Assembly: GCA_004764695.1 (NCBI GenBank)
Contig: SMSO01000031.1
Span: 5,810,761-5,874,760 of the forward strand
Length of the DNA: 64,000 bases
Reading direction: 5' to 3'
Origin: Schizochytrium sp. TIO01
Taxonomy: Eukaryota; Protista; Bigyra: Labyrinthulomycetes
Shown: positions 47,801-58,360 of the stretch, piece by piece
Layout: every line of letters starts with the position of its first letter
Position numbering within the stretch: position 1 is the stretch's first letter
Notes under the pieces: model-generated
Told to the model about the DNA's origin: nothing
Database searches by the model: none
Seen by the model: only the letters and a program-made list of their open reading frames with translations
Program-made: the position numbers and the translations under genes

Positions 47801-50800
47801 GATTGAAACTTGCAATCTGTTGGTTAAATTCTTCAATCTTCGAAGCATCTGCCTTTTGGGTTTCTGAAGCTTCAGCACATAAAGCTGTAATAGAGTCGTC
47901 CTTCTGTTTGAGTGCTTCTGCTGCATCAGACAATTTCTGCTTGAGACTTGCAATCTGTCGGTCAAGTTCTTCAATCTTCGAAGCATCCGCCTTTTGGGTT
48001 TCTGAGGCTTGGATACTGAAAGCTGTAATAGAGTCATCCTTCTGTTTGAGTGCTCCTGCTGCATTAGACAATTTCTGATTGAGATCTGTATTTTGGTTGC
48101 TGAAGGCCTGTCCCTGTGACTGAGCTACTGAAATTTTGCTTTGCAGAGCTGCAATATGTTCATCTTTTTGCATAACTATAGCCGTAGCATTGCTTAAGTA
48201 TTGATTGAGCTCTGCAATCTGATTGTTCAAGCCTTGCCTGCCAGCTTGGCTATTTGAAATTTCGGATTGCAAAGCTTCGATGGATTCCTCCTTGCGTTTG
48301 TTTGTGGCAGTCGCCTCAGCTAACTGCCGATTGAGGTCTGCAATCTGAGTGTGTAATTCATCAAGCTTCGAGGAGTTTGCATCCTGGGGCTGTGCGGTAT
48401 TGCAATACACAACTTTAGTGATAGTCTTGTTCTGCTTGTGTGTAGTAGAAACATCAGCCAACTGTCGAGTGAGAGCTGAGATCTGGTTTTCGAGTTCTTC
48501 AACCTTCGAAGCGTTAGTTGTTTGGGTTTGTGAAGACTCAGCACGCAAAGCGGCGATGGACTCCTCCTTGCGTTTGTTTGTGGCAGTCGCCTCAGCTAAC
48601 TGCCGATTGAGGTCTGCAATCTGAGTGTGTAATTCATCAAGCTTCGAGGAGTTCGGCTCAAGTGTTTTTGAGAGGTTTCTCGAGTTCTCTCCCGTAACCT
48701 GAAGGGGCGAATTCACTCCAGTTGTCTGATTTACTTGTTGTTGCCTGGAAATAGTGTCTGCAAGCTCCATGTTGATCCGGAAAAGACTTGACAGCTGGCA
48801 TTCCTTCTGCTGCAATTCAGAGGTTATCCTATTCAGTTTAGTTGTCAGCCTTTCGCTCTCTTGAATTTTGCTGTCTTGATTGGTATCATCTGAATTTGCC
48901 AAAACTGTGGTGTTCTTGTACTTGCAGCAAGCAACTTCGGAAACAAGACGCTCATCTTCTTGCTCTGTTTTAGGAAGTTGTGTTTTAATGCCATTGACTA
49001 CACTTTCGTGCATGCCATGAAGGTCCTTAAATCCACTCTTATGTTTTTCTTCTTGGATCTCCTTCCGAAAGATGATTTTAGCAAAGTTTCGAAAGCTTTC
49101 TGCGTCGATTTCTGCAAGATTCATTCCAGGTGCCTTGCTCGAAACAGCAATTCCGGGATGATCAGTCGTCATTGAGCCCCCTTGAAGGGGGGGGTGTTGA
49201 TTTTGCGCATCATCCTTGCCAATGGATTGACGCACCTTGCTTGAATTTACACGCGACTGCGTTAGTAAACCTTGACAGCCTACTTCTTGAGCTTGAATGT
49301 CTTTTTGGTTTGCAGTTCTATGCGCCTCGAGTTCTCGCTGCATGCTCTCTATTTCAGCTCGACTACTCAGCAGAAGATGCTTATAAGCTGCTTGATGGGC
49401 TTGAATATCACTTTCATAGCGATACTCTTTTGCTTCAAATTCCTTCTGAAGTTGAATAAGTCGTGTCTCTACATCTTGGGCTTGTGTCTTTGATACGAGT
49501 TTTTGCAATTCCTTGTTGTAGAATTCGGCATTTTGACGAGCTTCCCTTTCTTTGGCAAAGCCTTCAGTCATACTTTCCAGTTTTGCTTCACACTCTTGAA
49601 GCTTTGCTTCCAGCTGAGTAATTTGCCGCGAAGGATTGCTCACACTCACTACGTTCCCGCACTTACCCTTTTCCCTTTTTGCGCCGTTCAGATCCAAGTT
49701 CTCTCTCTCGTATAGAATGAGCTCTTGCGAGACGTGGAGTGAGTCGCGCTTACTAGGTTGATCGGCAGCCTCGTCAGTTGTGCTGGGTGTCGCCTTCACT
49801 TTAGCTATTGGTACTTTGTGTTTCGTATCAGGGTCTTCACTTTCTGCAGAAGGAGTTTCAGATTCGGAATTTAGTGATTCTAGACTCGAACCACGTTGTC
49901 TATCACGAACAAGCTCATGAAAAAGCTGCTGCTTCTCTTTAAGCTTTGTTTGCTCGTTATAATGCATTTTGCGCTCTTCCTTGAGTAACTTTTGCTTTTC
50001 ATCAAGCTTTGTATGCTCTTCAACAAGCGCTTTGCGCTCTTCATCAAGCATAATCTTCTCTTCACAAAGTAACTTGCATTCGCCATCAAGTAGATTGCTG
50101 TCATCATTAAGCGCAGCACGCTTGCTATCAAAGGAGCCAGTCGTTTCTAAAAATGCAACGGGCTCTTTTTCAAGATTTTTAACCTCTGCGTCGAGTGTTC
50201 TATGGTTCTCGTCAAGTATCTTCTGCTTCTCCTTGAGCAATGCTTGCTCCATGTTGAGCATCCTGCGATCTTCGTCGAGCATACTGCGTTCCTTATTGAT
50301 CACCTGGCGTTCCTCGTCGAGCACCTTTCGCTCCTGATCAAGTGCTTTTGAATCCTCATGAAACGAATTGCGCTCCCCGCGAGTTGTCTTCTGTTTCTTT
50401 TGGAGCATCGTAAGCTCTTTTGCAAAACGCTTGCGTTCATCATCAAGCTTCTTGCGTTCTTTTCGCAGCACCCCGTGGCTCTTGTCAAGTACCTTTTGTT
50501 CGCGGTCAAGAGTTTTCCTCTCTTCACCTAAAGATTTGCGTTCGCGATCAATCAGCTTTCGCTCCTTGTTAAGTAGATTGCGCGTCTCTTCAAGCTCCCT
50601 GTGCTTCTTCTCAAACAGTGGAAGTTTTACATCAAGTGTCTTCTGTTTTTCATCAAGTTTCTTGCACTCTTTGGCGGAGAGCTTTCGCTCGACAGCAAGG
50701 GCCTTACGCTCTGCTTGGAGTTCGATGAGTTTGAGATCGTGGATTTTGCGCTCTTCATCAAAGGATTCGAGCTTCTCTTTAAGAGATCTTTGTTCCTCAT

Positions 50801-53363
50801 CGAGACTTTGTCGCTCTACATCCATCATTACTAGCTTCTCCGCAAGTAGCTTTCGTTCATCTTCGAGGATTTTTAGCTGAGCTGCAAGCTCCTCACGCTC
50901 GTTAGAAAGAAGAGCTGTTTCTTTAGCAGCGCATTCATATTCAAGAAACAGTTGTGTTTCAGCTTTGTCTAATTCTTCAATTTTCAGCTTATGTTCAGTC
51001 CATAGCTGTAGTGCCGACTTCATGCTTCCATCTGCTTCAAATGGTTGGTGCTCTGCTTCGAAGGCGAGGCGCTCTACTCTGAAGGCTTGGCGCTCTGCTT
51101 CAAATGCAAGGCGCTCTGTCTCTAGCGCTTGACGCTCTGCTTCGAATGCTTTGCATTCTTGTTGAAGGCATTGTTGCTTCCTCTCGAGTAACTCACAGGT
51201 CTCATTGCACAGTCTATTACTTTTGTCGAATGAGTTTTCCTTCATGTCAAGCTCCCCAGGGAACAATTCAAGATCCTTGGGTTCCTTAGGAAGAGTGGCG
51301 AGCTCCTCCAAAGCATCTTCGTTTCTGTCATCGAGCAGTGTTTGCTTTCCATACAGCGAATGCTTCTCAATTTCGGAAAGGCTGGGCATGGCCTGAAGCA
51401 TCTTTTCCTTGAGTTCAATCTCTTCTCGCAAGAGAACAAGTTTGGTACGTTCCTCGGAGAACAATGCTTGCTGTTTTGTAAGGATATCGTTATCAATATC
51501 CAGCGCTTTCCTAGTCTCAAGCAACGACAGCTTTTCAGCTTGAAATGCTTCTTCCTCCTCTCTCAATGCCTGTTTTTGCTCATCAAGCTTGTCTTGATGT
51601 CTGCAGAGAGCCTTATATTCAATGTCATATCTCTCACGTTGCTTGGTAAGAGACTCTAGGCCCCTGGCGTACAGCTGTTGCTGATTATTCTGCAGGCGAA
51701 AGGACTCCACAAGACATTCCTGTTGTCTGGTGAGATCTTTGAACTCTTGCATGAGCATTCTATGTCCTGCACGTACGAGTGATTGCTTTACGTCAAGGTT
51801 TGTGCTCCTTAGAAGTAGATCTTCCGCTACACCTTCAACAGCCTCAAGGTCATTGTAGAATTGGGCTTTTGCTTTGCACAGTTCTTCCCGTTCCTGCTCG
51901 AGGGACTTGCGATCATGGGCAAGCAGGTCGTTCTCCGAAATACATGAGATTGGTCCATCTGCAACTACACAATTAGCATCGGGAGGGTGTGTATTCTCCT
52001 CAGCAATCATAGGGAGACGTTGGCTGGTATTGAAATTGTGCTTCTGATGATACACCTTAGGCTTTGCGGCTGCGGGTTTGCATTGAGAGGAACGCTTGAC
52101 GTGAGAATGCTTATTCAAGGCAGACTCACTATCCATAGCTTCGAGTTTGCTGATACACTCGCGTAGATTGGCAAAGTTATTTTGGATTGTTGCATGGTGA
52201 GGGAGTGAGGAGTGCATTTCATTACAAGGCCCCTTGTGTTCTGCATCAAAGCCATTGCCTTGCTTGTCCATGATGGGATTCACAGTCTGAATGTTCTTGA
52301 TGGATTGAACATAGAAAGAAATGTCAAGACCATCAGCGGTGACTTCATTGACGCTAGAGCCAGGCACGAGCTCTGCGTCGAAAGTATCATCTTGCGTGTT
52401 CATGACGGGATTGATGATCTGAATGTTGTTGATGGAACGGACATCAGATGACATGTCAAGACCATCAGCGGGGACTTCATTGACGCTAGAGCCAGGCACG
52501 AGCTCTGCGTCGAAAGTATCATCTTGCGTGTTCATGACGGGGTTTGTCGCTTGAACGTTGTCAACGGAATGAACATCGGGGGACATGTCGAGATCGTTAG
52601 CAGTGACTTCGATTTCGCTAGAGCCAGGCACGAGCTCTGCGTCGAAAGTATCATCTTGCTGGTTCATGACGGGATTGATGATCTGAATGTTGTTGATGGA
52701 ACGGACATCAGATGATATGTCAAGATCATCAGCGGTGACTTCATTGACGCTAGAGCCAGGCACGAGCTCTGGGTCAAAAGTATCATCTTGCGTGTTCATG
52801 ACGGGGTTTGTCGCTTGAAGGTTGTCAACGGAATGCATATCGGAGGACGTGTTAAGATTGCCAGCAGCGGCTTCGGTTTCGCTAGAGCCGGGCATGAGCT
52901 CTGGGTCAAAAGCATCATCTTGCTGGTTCATAGAGGCGTACTTAAAACTCGAAAAATGGATTGTGTCAGAGATGCTTGGCTGTTTCTCCAAGATTTCACT
53001 TTTTCCATTATCCGATGGGTACTCCTCGTTGCGTTCTGTAGAGTCTCTTATGAAAGCATATTGATCCTCTGAGAGCTTATTGCGAACGATCAAATCAATC
53101 AACGAAATCAACTCTTGCTTCAGGAAATAGCTGGCATTTAAGAACTGTTTTCTAAGTTTTCGAAACTGCAAGTTGATTGCCTTGAAAAGACCTACAAGGT
53201 ATTGAAAGAACACGTCCATTGTCTCGGACATCACCGTAAGCATGTTTCCATTACCATGCAGCATCAATACAATAAGCTGTATACTGATGTAAAAGAGTAG
53301 AAATCGCAGGAGCATAAAGCAAAAGTCTACGTAAGACATCTCCTTCATCTCCAGATTCGTCAT
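44889..53363 (-). CDS. Giant orphan protein B (~2824 aa): N-terminal hydrophobic anchor, 44-aa acidic repeats, long coiled coils with 46-aa repeats, helical C-terminal region
   Basis: 8.5-kb uninterrupted ORF with first ATG at 53363 (the track starts at TTG 53456). E/K/L/R heptad-rich middle; acidic DGN-repeat tail ending in SKKRNR. Confidence 0.87.
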   Translation of the reverse strand: MTNLEMKEMSYVDFCFMLLRFLLFYISIQLIVLMLHGNGNMLTVMSETMDVFFQYLVGLFKAINLQFRKLRKQFLNASYFLKQELISLIDLIVRNKLSEDQYAFIRDSTERNEEYPSDNGKSEILEKQPSISDTIHFSSFKYASMNQQDDAFDPELMPGSSETEAAAGNLNTSSDMHSVDNLQATNPVMNTQDDTFDPELVPGSSVNEVTADDLDISSDVRSINNIQIINPVMNQQDDTFDAELVPGSSEIEVTANDLDMSPDVHSVDNVQATNPVMNTQDDTFDAELVPGSSVNEVPADGLDMSSDVRSINNIQIINPVMNTQDDTFDAELVPGSSVNEVTADGLDISFYVQSIKNIQTVNPIMDKQGNGFDAEHKGPCNEMHSSLPHHATIQNNFANLRECISKLEAMDSESALNKHSHVKRSSQCKPAAAKPKVYHQKHNFNTSQRLPMIAEENTHPPDANCVVADGPISCISENDLLAHDRKSLEQEREELCKAKAQFYNDLEAVEGVAEDLLLRSTNLDVKQSLVRAGHRMLMQEFKDLTRQQECLVESFRLQNNQQQLYARGLESLTKQRERYDIEYKALCRHQDKLDEQKQALREEEEAFQAEKLSLLETRKALDIDNDILTKQQALFSEERTKLVLLREEIELKEKMLQAMPSLSEIEKHSLYGKQTLLDDRNEDALEELATLPKEPKDLELFPGELDMKENSFDKSNRLCNETCELLERKQQCLQQECKAFEAERQALETERLAFEAERQAFRVERLAFEAEHQPFEADGSMKSALQLWTEHKLKIEELDKAETQLFLEYECAAKETALLSNEREELAAQLKILEDERKLLAEKLVMMDVERQSLDEEQRSLKEKLESFDEERKIHDLKLIELQAERKALAVERKLSAKECKKLDEKQKTLDVKLPLFEKKHRELEETRNLLNKERKLIDRERKSLGEERKTLDREQKVLDKSHGVLRKERKKLDDERKRFAKELTMLQKKQKTTRGERNSFHEDSKALDQERKVLDEERQVINKERSMLDEDRRMLNMEQALLKEKQKILDENHRTLDAEVKNLEKEPVAFLETTGSFDSKRAALNDDSNLLDGECKLLCEEKIMLDEERKALVEEHTKLDEKQKLLKEERKMHYNEQTKLKEKQQLFHELVRDRQRGSSLESLNSESETPSAESEDPDTKHKVPIAKVKATPSTTDEAADQPSKRDSLHVSQELILYERENLDLNGAKREKGKCGNVVSVSNPSRQITQLEAKLQECEAKLESMTEGFAKEREARQNAEFYNKELQKLVSKTQAQDVETRLIQLQKEFEAKEYRYESDIQAHQAAYKHLLLSSRAEIESMQRELEAHRTANQKDIQAQEVGCQGLLTQSRVNSSKVRQSIGKDDAQNQHPPLQGGSMTTDHPGIAVSSKAPGMNLAEIDAESFRNFAKIIFRKEIQEEKHKSGFKDLHGMHESVVNGIKTQLPKTEQEDERLVSEVACCKYKNTTVLANSDDTNQDSKIQESERLTTKLNRITSELQQKECQLSSLFRINMELADTISRQQQVNQTTGVNSPLQVTGENSRNLSKTLEPNSSKLDELHTQIADLNRQLAEATATNKRKEESIAALRAESSQTQTTNASKVEELENQISALTRQLADVSTTHKQNKTITKVVYCNTAQPQDANSSKLDELHTQIADLNRQLAEATATNKRKEESIEALQSEISNSQAGRQGLNNQIAELNQYLSNATAIVMQKDEHIAALQSKISVAQSQGQAFSNQNTDLNQKLSNAAGALKQKDDSITAFSIQASETQKADASKIEELDRQIASLKQKLSDAAEALKQKDDSITALCAEASETQKADASKIEEFNQQIASFNHKLSDAAEALKQKDDSITALRAEASETQKANASKIEEFNQQIASFNHKLSDATEALKQKDDSITALCAEASETQKANASKIEELDRQIASLKQQLSDADTTAEEHNKMVADWNSKIKQFQNEYDTQIAELNQHLTDADTTIKEKVSAIVDLKAQSKEYQDANAATVKDLNERIANQNEKLSAAAVTLKQNDETNAALTSQKNSAVAELKKIAKCLADLAATSDKLIHKPGIFQHEEMQLVEQSEEEDACSSKLQETNDELVEVDDKLDQITQNTAKDLLKLKSKLGCLQRDVESRENDIAKLESKIAKLECSLNDANYPVESFTTSYSLLPIDGKNVEPQPLEAENPSSGTFHKSAAPLDVVLDSGPRDHLLPLMLSSDELEMIQNATPKLNSPSAYSNIQRNIKTQDGMLLLNDAQDTQQKRVGVVTTCCDLKRDAEFLFSERLLYLWKEWGKVYTADAAASPRLQDVSYLNACICDLRAKVLWFCTCECNCSAESCTNPFVEPVSSLLKETSAVEYALKTTLLLKRSNGVVMDQQHMEDLTEANLSFQEKLDVLKERTKAHEEEIKVRRVADLKSQSNASLSGGMSKKIRKPNSDEIKTQLSSMLEKLESLTIVKGEREMVSSQSHGDNQTSSVAHKDAKQTLDGSSGVVEDLRQLIQRFAIDDSYMQDNSCVNEDIDDQESTRNPWDTGVVPDASMLLDAATDLKEFNSSDLLQLVNNVFDTWQLFICNMSAWMDKKVLLSSFVHLEHINCMYQRLALVCSEVRYHVFQLSNNVRNTLAARAEGNPDRRRSHEQLHFKAAIAILEEASHKLLKDKTNSCERIFEAYSQSLGILYQKKSEDFIGDNWEHVLTNPALNNVDMLLAKYRFKCEVTDVNLRWRTKSGIFLNVSDFSKYSSHFLSVLRKKDIEAETYKGKRSRKVRDSRAGFRDDDDGNDGNDGNDGNDGSDDDDVTDSDDCERPSSKKRNR
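47330..48660 (-). repeat. 138-bp (46-aa) coding tandem repeat in ORF B
   Basis: GTAATAGAGT at 47611 and 47749 (period 138). Four near-identical copies plus diverged ones; TCCTCCTTGCGTTTG at 48286 and 48562 (2 x 138). Confidence 0.9.
52239..52931 (-). repeat. 132-bp (44-aa) coding tandem repeat in ORF B, 5 copies plus a partial
   Basis: MN(Q/T)QDD(T/A)FD(A/P)EL(V/M)PGSS... units start at 52931 and, five periods later, at 52271. Confidence 0.93.
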
Positions 53364-53554
53364 CGTAGTTAACGATGGAGATCGAACCCCTTCCAGCTTC
53401 AATCGCCTTACGGAGTAAGGCAATGTGCTTTCGGGGGAGAGCTCGCGAATGAGCAATCACGGGCGTGAGACTTTGTAGGCTGAAGCACAACGAGATACCT
53501 GCAAAGCTGCGACGAAGGCCTTGCAAACCTTAGCCACCAAAGCCAGCCTTCTGG

Positions 53555-53597
53555 CGTTCGGGGTCTGAGTACCTTCAACCCACCGAGAGCTCATTGG
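53555..53597 (-). promoter_or_regulatory. Conserved upstream motif of giant ORF B (shared with 27749-27809)
   Basis: Same bipartite motif plus CCAATGA (minus strand), about 190 nt upstream of ATG 53363. Confidence 0.5.
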
Positions 53598-56500
53598 TAG
53601 ACAAGTCAACTGACAAAAAGTTCAACTGACAGTCCCTTTTAACTGCAACTTACATGTTTCTTTGCAGAAACAACGTTGCTTCTATGTTGGAGTTACTATA
53701 CAGAATTTTTGTTTGCTAATAACACCTTAAAGGAACAAAACTATGAATAAAGAAAATTCAACAAGGAAAACTGATTCTTTCTAAGACTAAACACCATATT
53801 GACCCGGTAGAAGATGAAAATGTATCTCAAAGCTTTGAAAAAAAGTCTTCTATTAGTTCATAGCAAACATAATTTCCTTCTAATCAATTTTAGATGATTC
53901 AATCATTTCCATGAAGATGACAAACCTTTGCTCAAATATGATAGCTTTATATCAAGTTTCATACGTAGCATTTAATGCAAAATCCTTGCATCTATTGAAA
54001 TATTCAGTCAGAAGCAGAAAGCACAGAAGAAACTAAGCAACAACACTCCTGTCATCAAGCCTCCATGATTTGAATGTTTCTTCAAATATGAGTTGCAGTC
54101 TTCAGAGCAATTACAATTCTTTGATGTTCGGGGCAGTTATTCATGCCTAGTTTCGACCACAGAGAGAAAGAAGCTCACAAGCCAAGTACACAGACCACTG
54201 TCTTCGTGATCTGCTGAGTTCGAGTGCTAGCTGTTAAATATGAACTTTGAGATAGCAAGTGCAGCACAAACTTTTAAAGGTTCTAACAGTTATTTCTGCT
54301 GTGAACAACAAAAGCAAATACAAATCAGATAAGACCGTATATTGTACCTATTATCAAATCATTCGCCAAAATTTTTACAAAACATTGCTCTCCTGACTCA
54401 ATAATGGTTCTTTTTTACGTCAATAAGACGGGAGTCGAATAAGAATCCCGATCATAAAAGCGCAGGATTTAATAAGTTATTCTATAAAAAACCAACTCGA
54501 CCTCATATTAGCAGAGAAAATCCACTAATTCTATTAGCGAATGCGCCTATCTATATGATTTGCATACAGCGGAAACAGCATTCAAGTTTCGATTTTCCTT
54601 TTTTTTTTTTTTTCTTACTTTTGCTTTTTTTCAGTTACGAATTTCTACAGAAAGCATTAGGACCGCAAGAAAAACAACTAGATTTTCTGTCCTAGGAATA
54701 TCTGTCTTGCCGATCATGCTCGATTATATCCACCCATAAGCATTTAAAGTAACAAGCACAACCAGCGTTGGCCCAGCTCTAGCCCTTCCTCCAATCTCTC
54801 CTCATTCAGTCAGGCATCAAACTTGATACCATAAGATAGTACACGAAACCAAGCCTCTCTGTGGTCTTCCTGAGCTACCCATGACACCCCTTTAGGCAGG
54901 CCCTCCACATAGAATGAAGGAACGCATTCCTAATTCCAGCAATTGCCACCCGTGTAAGCCCGCTTTATTACTCCATTCTCATTAAACAGTTACGAAGAGA
55001 GAACGGAACATAGTGGAACGACATGGTCTCGGTAGTGCATGACTCTTCAAAGCTCCATACCATGCGCCTCCACGATGCTTTAAGGGTCTTTCAGAGCGGG
55101 AGTTGCGTTCTATCTCACCTCGTGGCGCTGGCAAAGACCCTCGTCCCTACTTGGACCTGCTTTGGGCTCTGATGGGCCGTCTACGCAGGATATCTCACTC
55201 CGTAGCACATCGCGGCGTATCCGCTGTCCGCAGCGCTATGGATGGGCTCCGCGCACAAGCGAGCGAGCGAGCGCGCGTGCGTGGCAGTGGTGCGCCAGGC
55301 AATGAGGAGGCGAAGGAACGGCGGCTGCAAGATGATCCAGCGTGCCCGGATTCGGGACATCAGGTCCAATAATTCTTCAGGTGCGGGAGTTCAAAAACCT
55401 GGTTTTCATCTTTTGTTTTATTTCGATTTTTCACTTCAACCATTTTTAGTCTTTTACCTAGCTAGGAAAAACTCTTTCATCATTCTTTTTCTTTTAATTT
55501 TTTTAAGTTTTAAGTTTTTTTTTTGTTTTTTTTTTTAATTATAACTTTTTGTAGAATGTATGATCTTCGGTCAATTGCGGATTGGGTGCTTCGGGGTGAA
55601 TATTCAATGTTCAACAGCTATTTGTCTATCGAGACGCATGGAAGTCGTTTTATATGTGTGGCGAAGCACGCGATTTGTCAGGTTATGTAGAACTGTAGAA
55701 AATGCGATGAAGTGCTATAGTGGATGGCACAGACAAATGTTTGCAGGCCAAGCCTCTAGCAATGCTCAATGAACTGCATCAACAAATGAAGCTTTTTGCT
55801 ATTATTCTTCAGAAAACACTTTTCTTATAACGTTTGAGATCTTCTTAGTTTACCCTTTTAAAATGCAAGTACCACTCTGCAAAGAACATTCCCTGAGTAA
55901 AGTATATGACAACGATAGCCGCCTTTTCTGATTATCGATATCATATTTCATACAAACTTCTTAACCCCCCTAATATCAAGAGAAAGAAAATAGACGAGTA
56001 CTTGCGCTAATGGAAACCTGATTGCTTGCGATGCTTCTGGACTTCTACTTTCAGAAGTACATTTCTGCACTCTTCCCTTTGCTTCTCGAAAACCTAAGAA
56101 TAAAAGCTTTTCTCCTGCTGCCAGCTTCGTTGACCCTCTTTCAGGAGCATTTCCCCATTTCAAAAAAGAGCGGCCGAAATTGAAATGAATGAGCGGAGAC
56201 CGCTTTGTGTCTTACCAAGACGCTAGCTCTGAAGAGTCAACTCTGAGCGGTGCAGACCATCTCCAGTCCAGCTCGCCCCATTACGCATGCATGTCCATCC
56301 TCCACTCCCAGTTTCGAGGGCTCTTGAGCATGAGAAGCAGAATTAAGTCGAGTTGAATTCAATCGAGACAGAATTCAACAGCTTCAAAGAAGAAAGTGCA
56401 TTGCACTTCATTCAATTACTCCTGTGCTAGCGGCGTCTAAGGTCCTTTTCACTTTAAGTAGGATCTTCGAGCCTTTCCCCTTTATCTTTTCAAAGGCTCT

Positions 56501-56939
56501 AGTTCGATTTTTAAAACTCAAAAGTTGCCTCTGCACAGGTCTCTGGCAACACGAAATCCGTCTGCACAGCCTCTGTTCATGGTGAACCCCTCAAGCCCGC
56601 CTTCTTCTCTGACACTCGACGCCTCCATCGGTATCCATCCTCAACGCCCAGCCCAACCCAGCTCGAGGAAAGCAGTCTCGTCTGTCAGAGCACCAAAGGC
56701 AGAGCTCCCAAGGCCATCGAGGCAACCAAACAGACAATCCAAGGAATCACTGCGACGGTATTCAAAGGTCGCGTGGTCGACGAGACTTCATTTTCTATTC
56801 AAATCGAATTTTCAATAGGGGTTTGCTTTCTCTATCTCTCACCAAGGCTCGCGAGCCCTTCTTGCGAAACCCAGAATGGCGCTTCGAGGGGTCTACTGGA
56901 GCAGCGAATTGAAAAGCGCAGCGCGACCTCGAAATATAC

Positions 56940-57130
56940 AAATGAAATCAGAAATGAAGAAGTGATAAAGAAGTGATGAAGAAGTGATGAAGAATGAATA
57001 AATGAAATGAAGAAAACAAAGAAAACAAAGAAAACAAAGAAAACAAAGAAAACGAAGAAAACGAAGAAAACGAAGAAAACGAAGAAACAAAGAAATGAAG
57101 AAAACGAAGAAACAAAGAAATGAAGAAAAG
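56940..57130. repeat. A-rich simple repeats (GAAAACRAA)n / (GAAGTGAT)-like
   Basis: Read directly from the sequence. Confidence 0.85.
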
Positions 57131-57939
57131 CAAATCCGTAAATATTTCTTCGCAGCTTCTCCCAAACTAAACCTCAGTCCCCGCCGGCCAAACTTCAATT
57201 CCATCGCATCTCTGCTTTGCGGTCCCATCCAGAGCGTTCAAAACATCAATCGTGGGGGCACGCCAAACCTCCTGTCTCCAAGGGATGTCCGTGACGCGAA
57301 GTACATCCCGCCGCATCAGAGGTGACATTCGGCCGCTGTCTTCCCCAGCGAGCGGCCATTTCGCGCACGGAAAACCTCTCCGCGAGCGCCCTTCGGTATG
57401 GCGCAATATGGAGACACGCGCAGCGCGTCACTTCGCGAAACTGGCTCCCGCGCCGCTCCCCGCAGCGCCGCCGCGTCTGCTTTCCCCTCTGCTTTCGCCT
57501 CTTTCCTTCGCTTCCTTCACTTCCTCTGCTCAGAGCTCTTCTCTTCTCTTCTTCTCTTCTCTTCTCTCCTTCTGGTTGGCCTCTCGCCTGTTCGGTTCTT
57601 GAAGGCGGGCATGCGAAATGCTTGCAATGCGGAGCCCGGCTTGTGCTCGGGTGCTCGTGCATAGGGAGAGGACGCGCGACGCGCAGGTGCTTTGGGCGAG
57701 GGGACTCTCTCTTTGTTGAAGCGCCAAGAGCGCATTTGGAGAAGCGTACGTTTTGGAGATTAATTTGGAAAGCGAAACGACATTCTTTACCCTACTCAAA
57801 AATATAATTTTAAATACTGCCTCTTAATCTGTCAGGGACGGTTGGTTGGCTTCGAGCCCTAAGAAGGGATTGGGAAGGAGCGATAGAATGTAGGGTTGAC
57901 ATTGAAATGGTCGGAAAGGATATAGAAGAGGGCTTCGTT

Positions 57940-58360
57940 GTGTTTGGTTTTGGTTTTGGTTTTGGTTTTGGTTTTGATACTTGATATGGCCTTTCTAATT
58001 ACTCTCAGATTCTGTCCTGATCCTCATTTTTGCTGTTGCTGTTGCTTCGGTTTTGGTTTTGCTTTCGCTTGGGTTTTGACTTTTGCCTTTCCCTTTGCTT
58101 TTTCCTTTCCTTCCGGGTCTTGTTTTTGTTTTAATGTTCGCTTTTGCTTTGGCTGTTGAGTTTTGTATTTGTTTTAATGCTTAATTGTTGTTTGGCTTTC
58201 CTCGTAGGTTTGCTTTTGCTTTTGCTTTTACTTTTGCTTTTGCTTTTACTTTTGCTTTTTGCTTTTGCTTTTGCTTTTGCTTTTGCTTTTACTTTTGCTT
58301 TTTGCTTTTTGCTGTTGCTGTTGCTTTTGCTTTTGCTTTTGCTTTTACTTTTGCTTTTTG
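57940..58360. repeat. (TTTTGG)n / (TTTTGC)n low-complexity tract
   Basis: Read directly; it explains the poly-Leu and Phe-Ala ORFs in the track. Confidence 0.9.
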
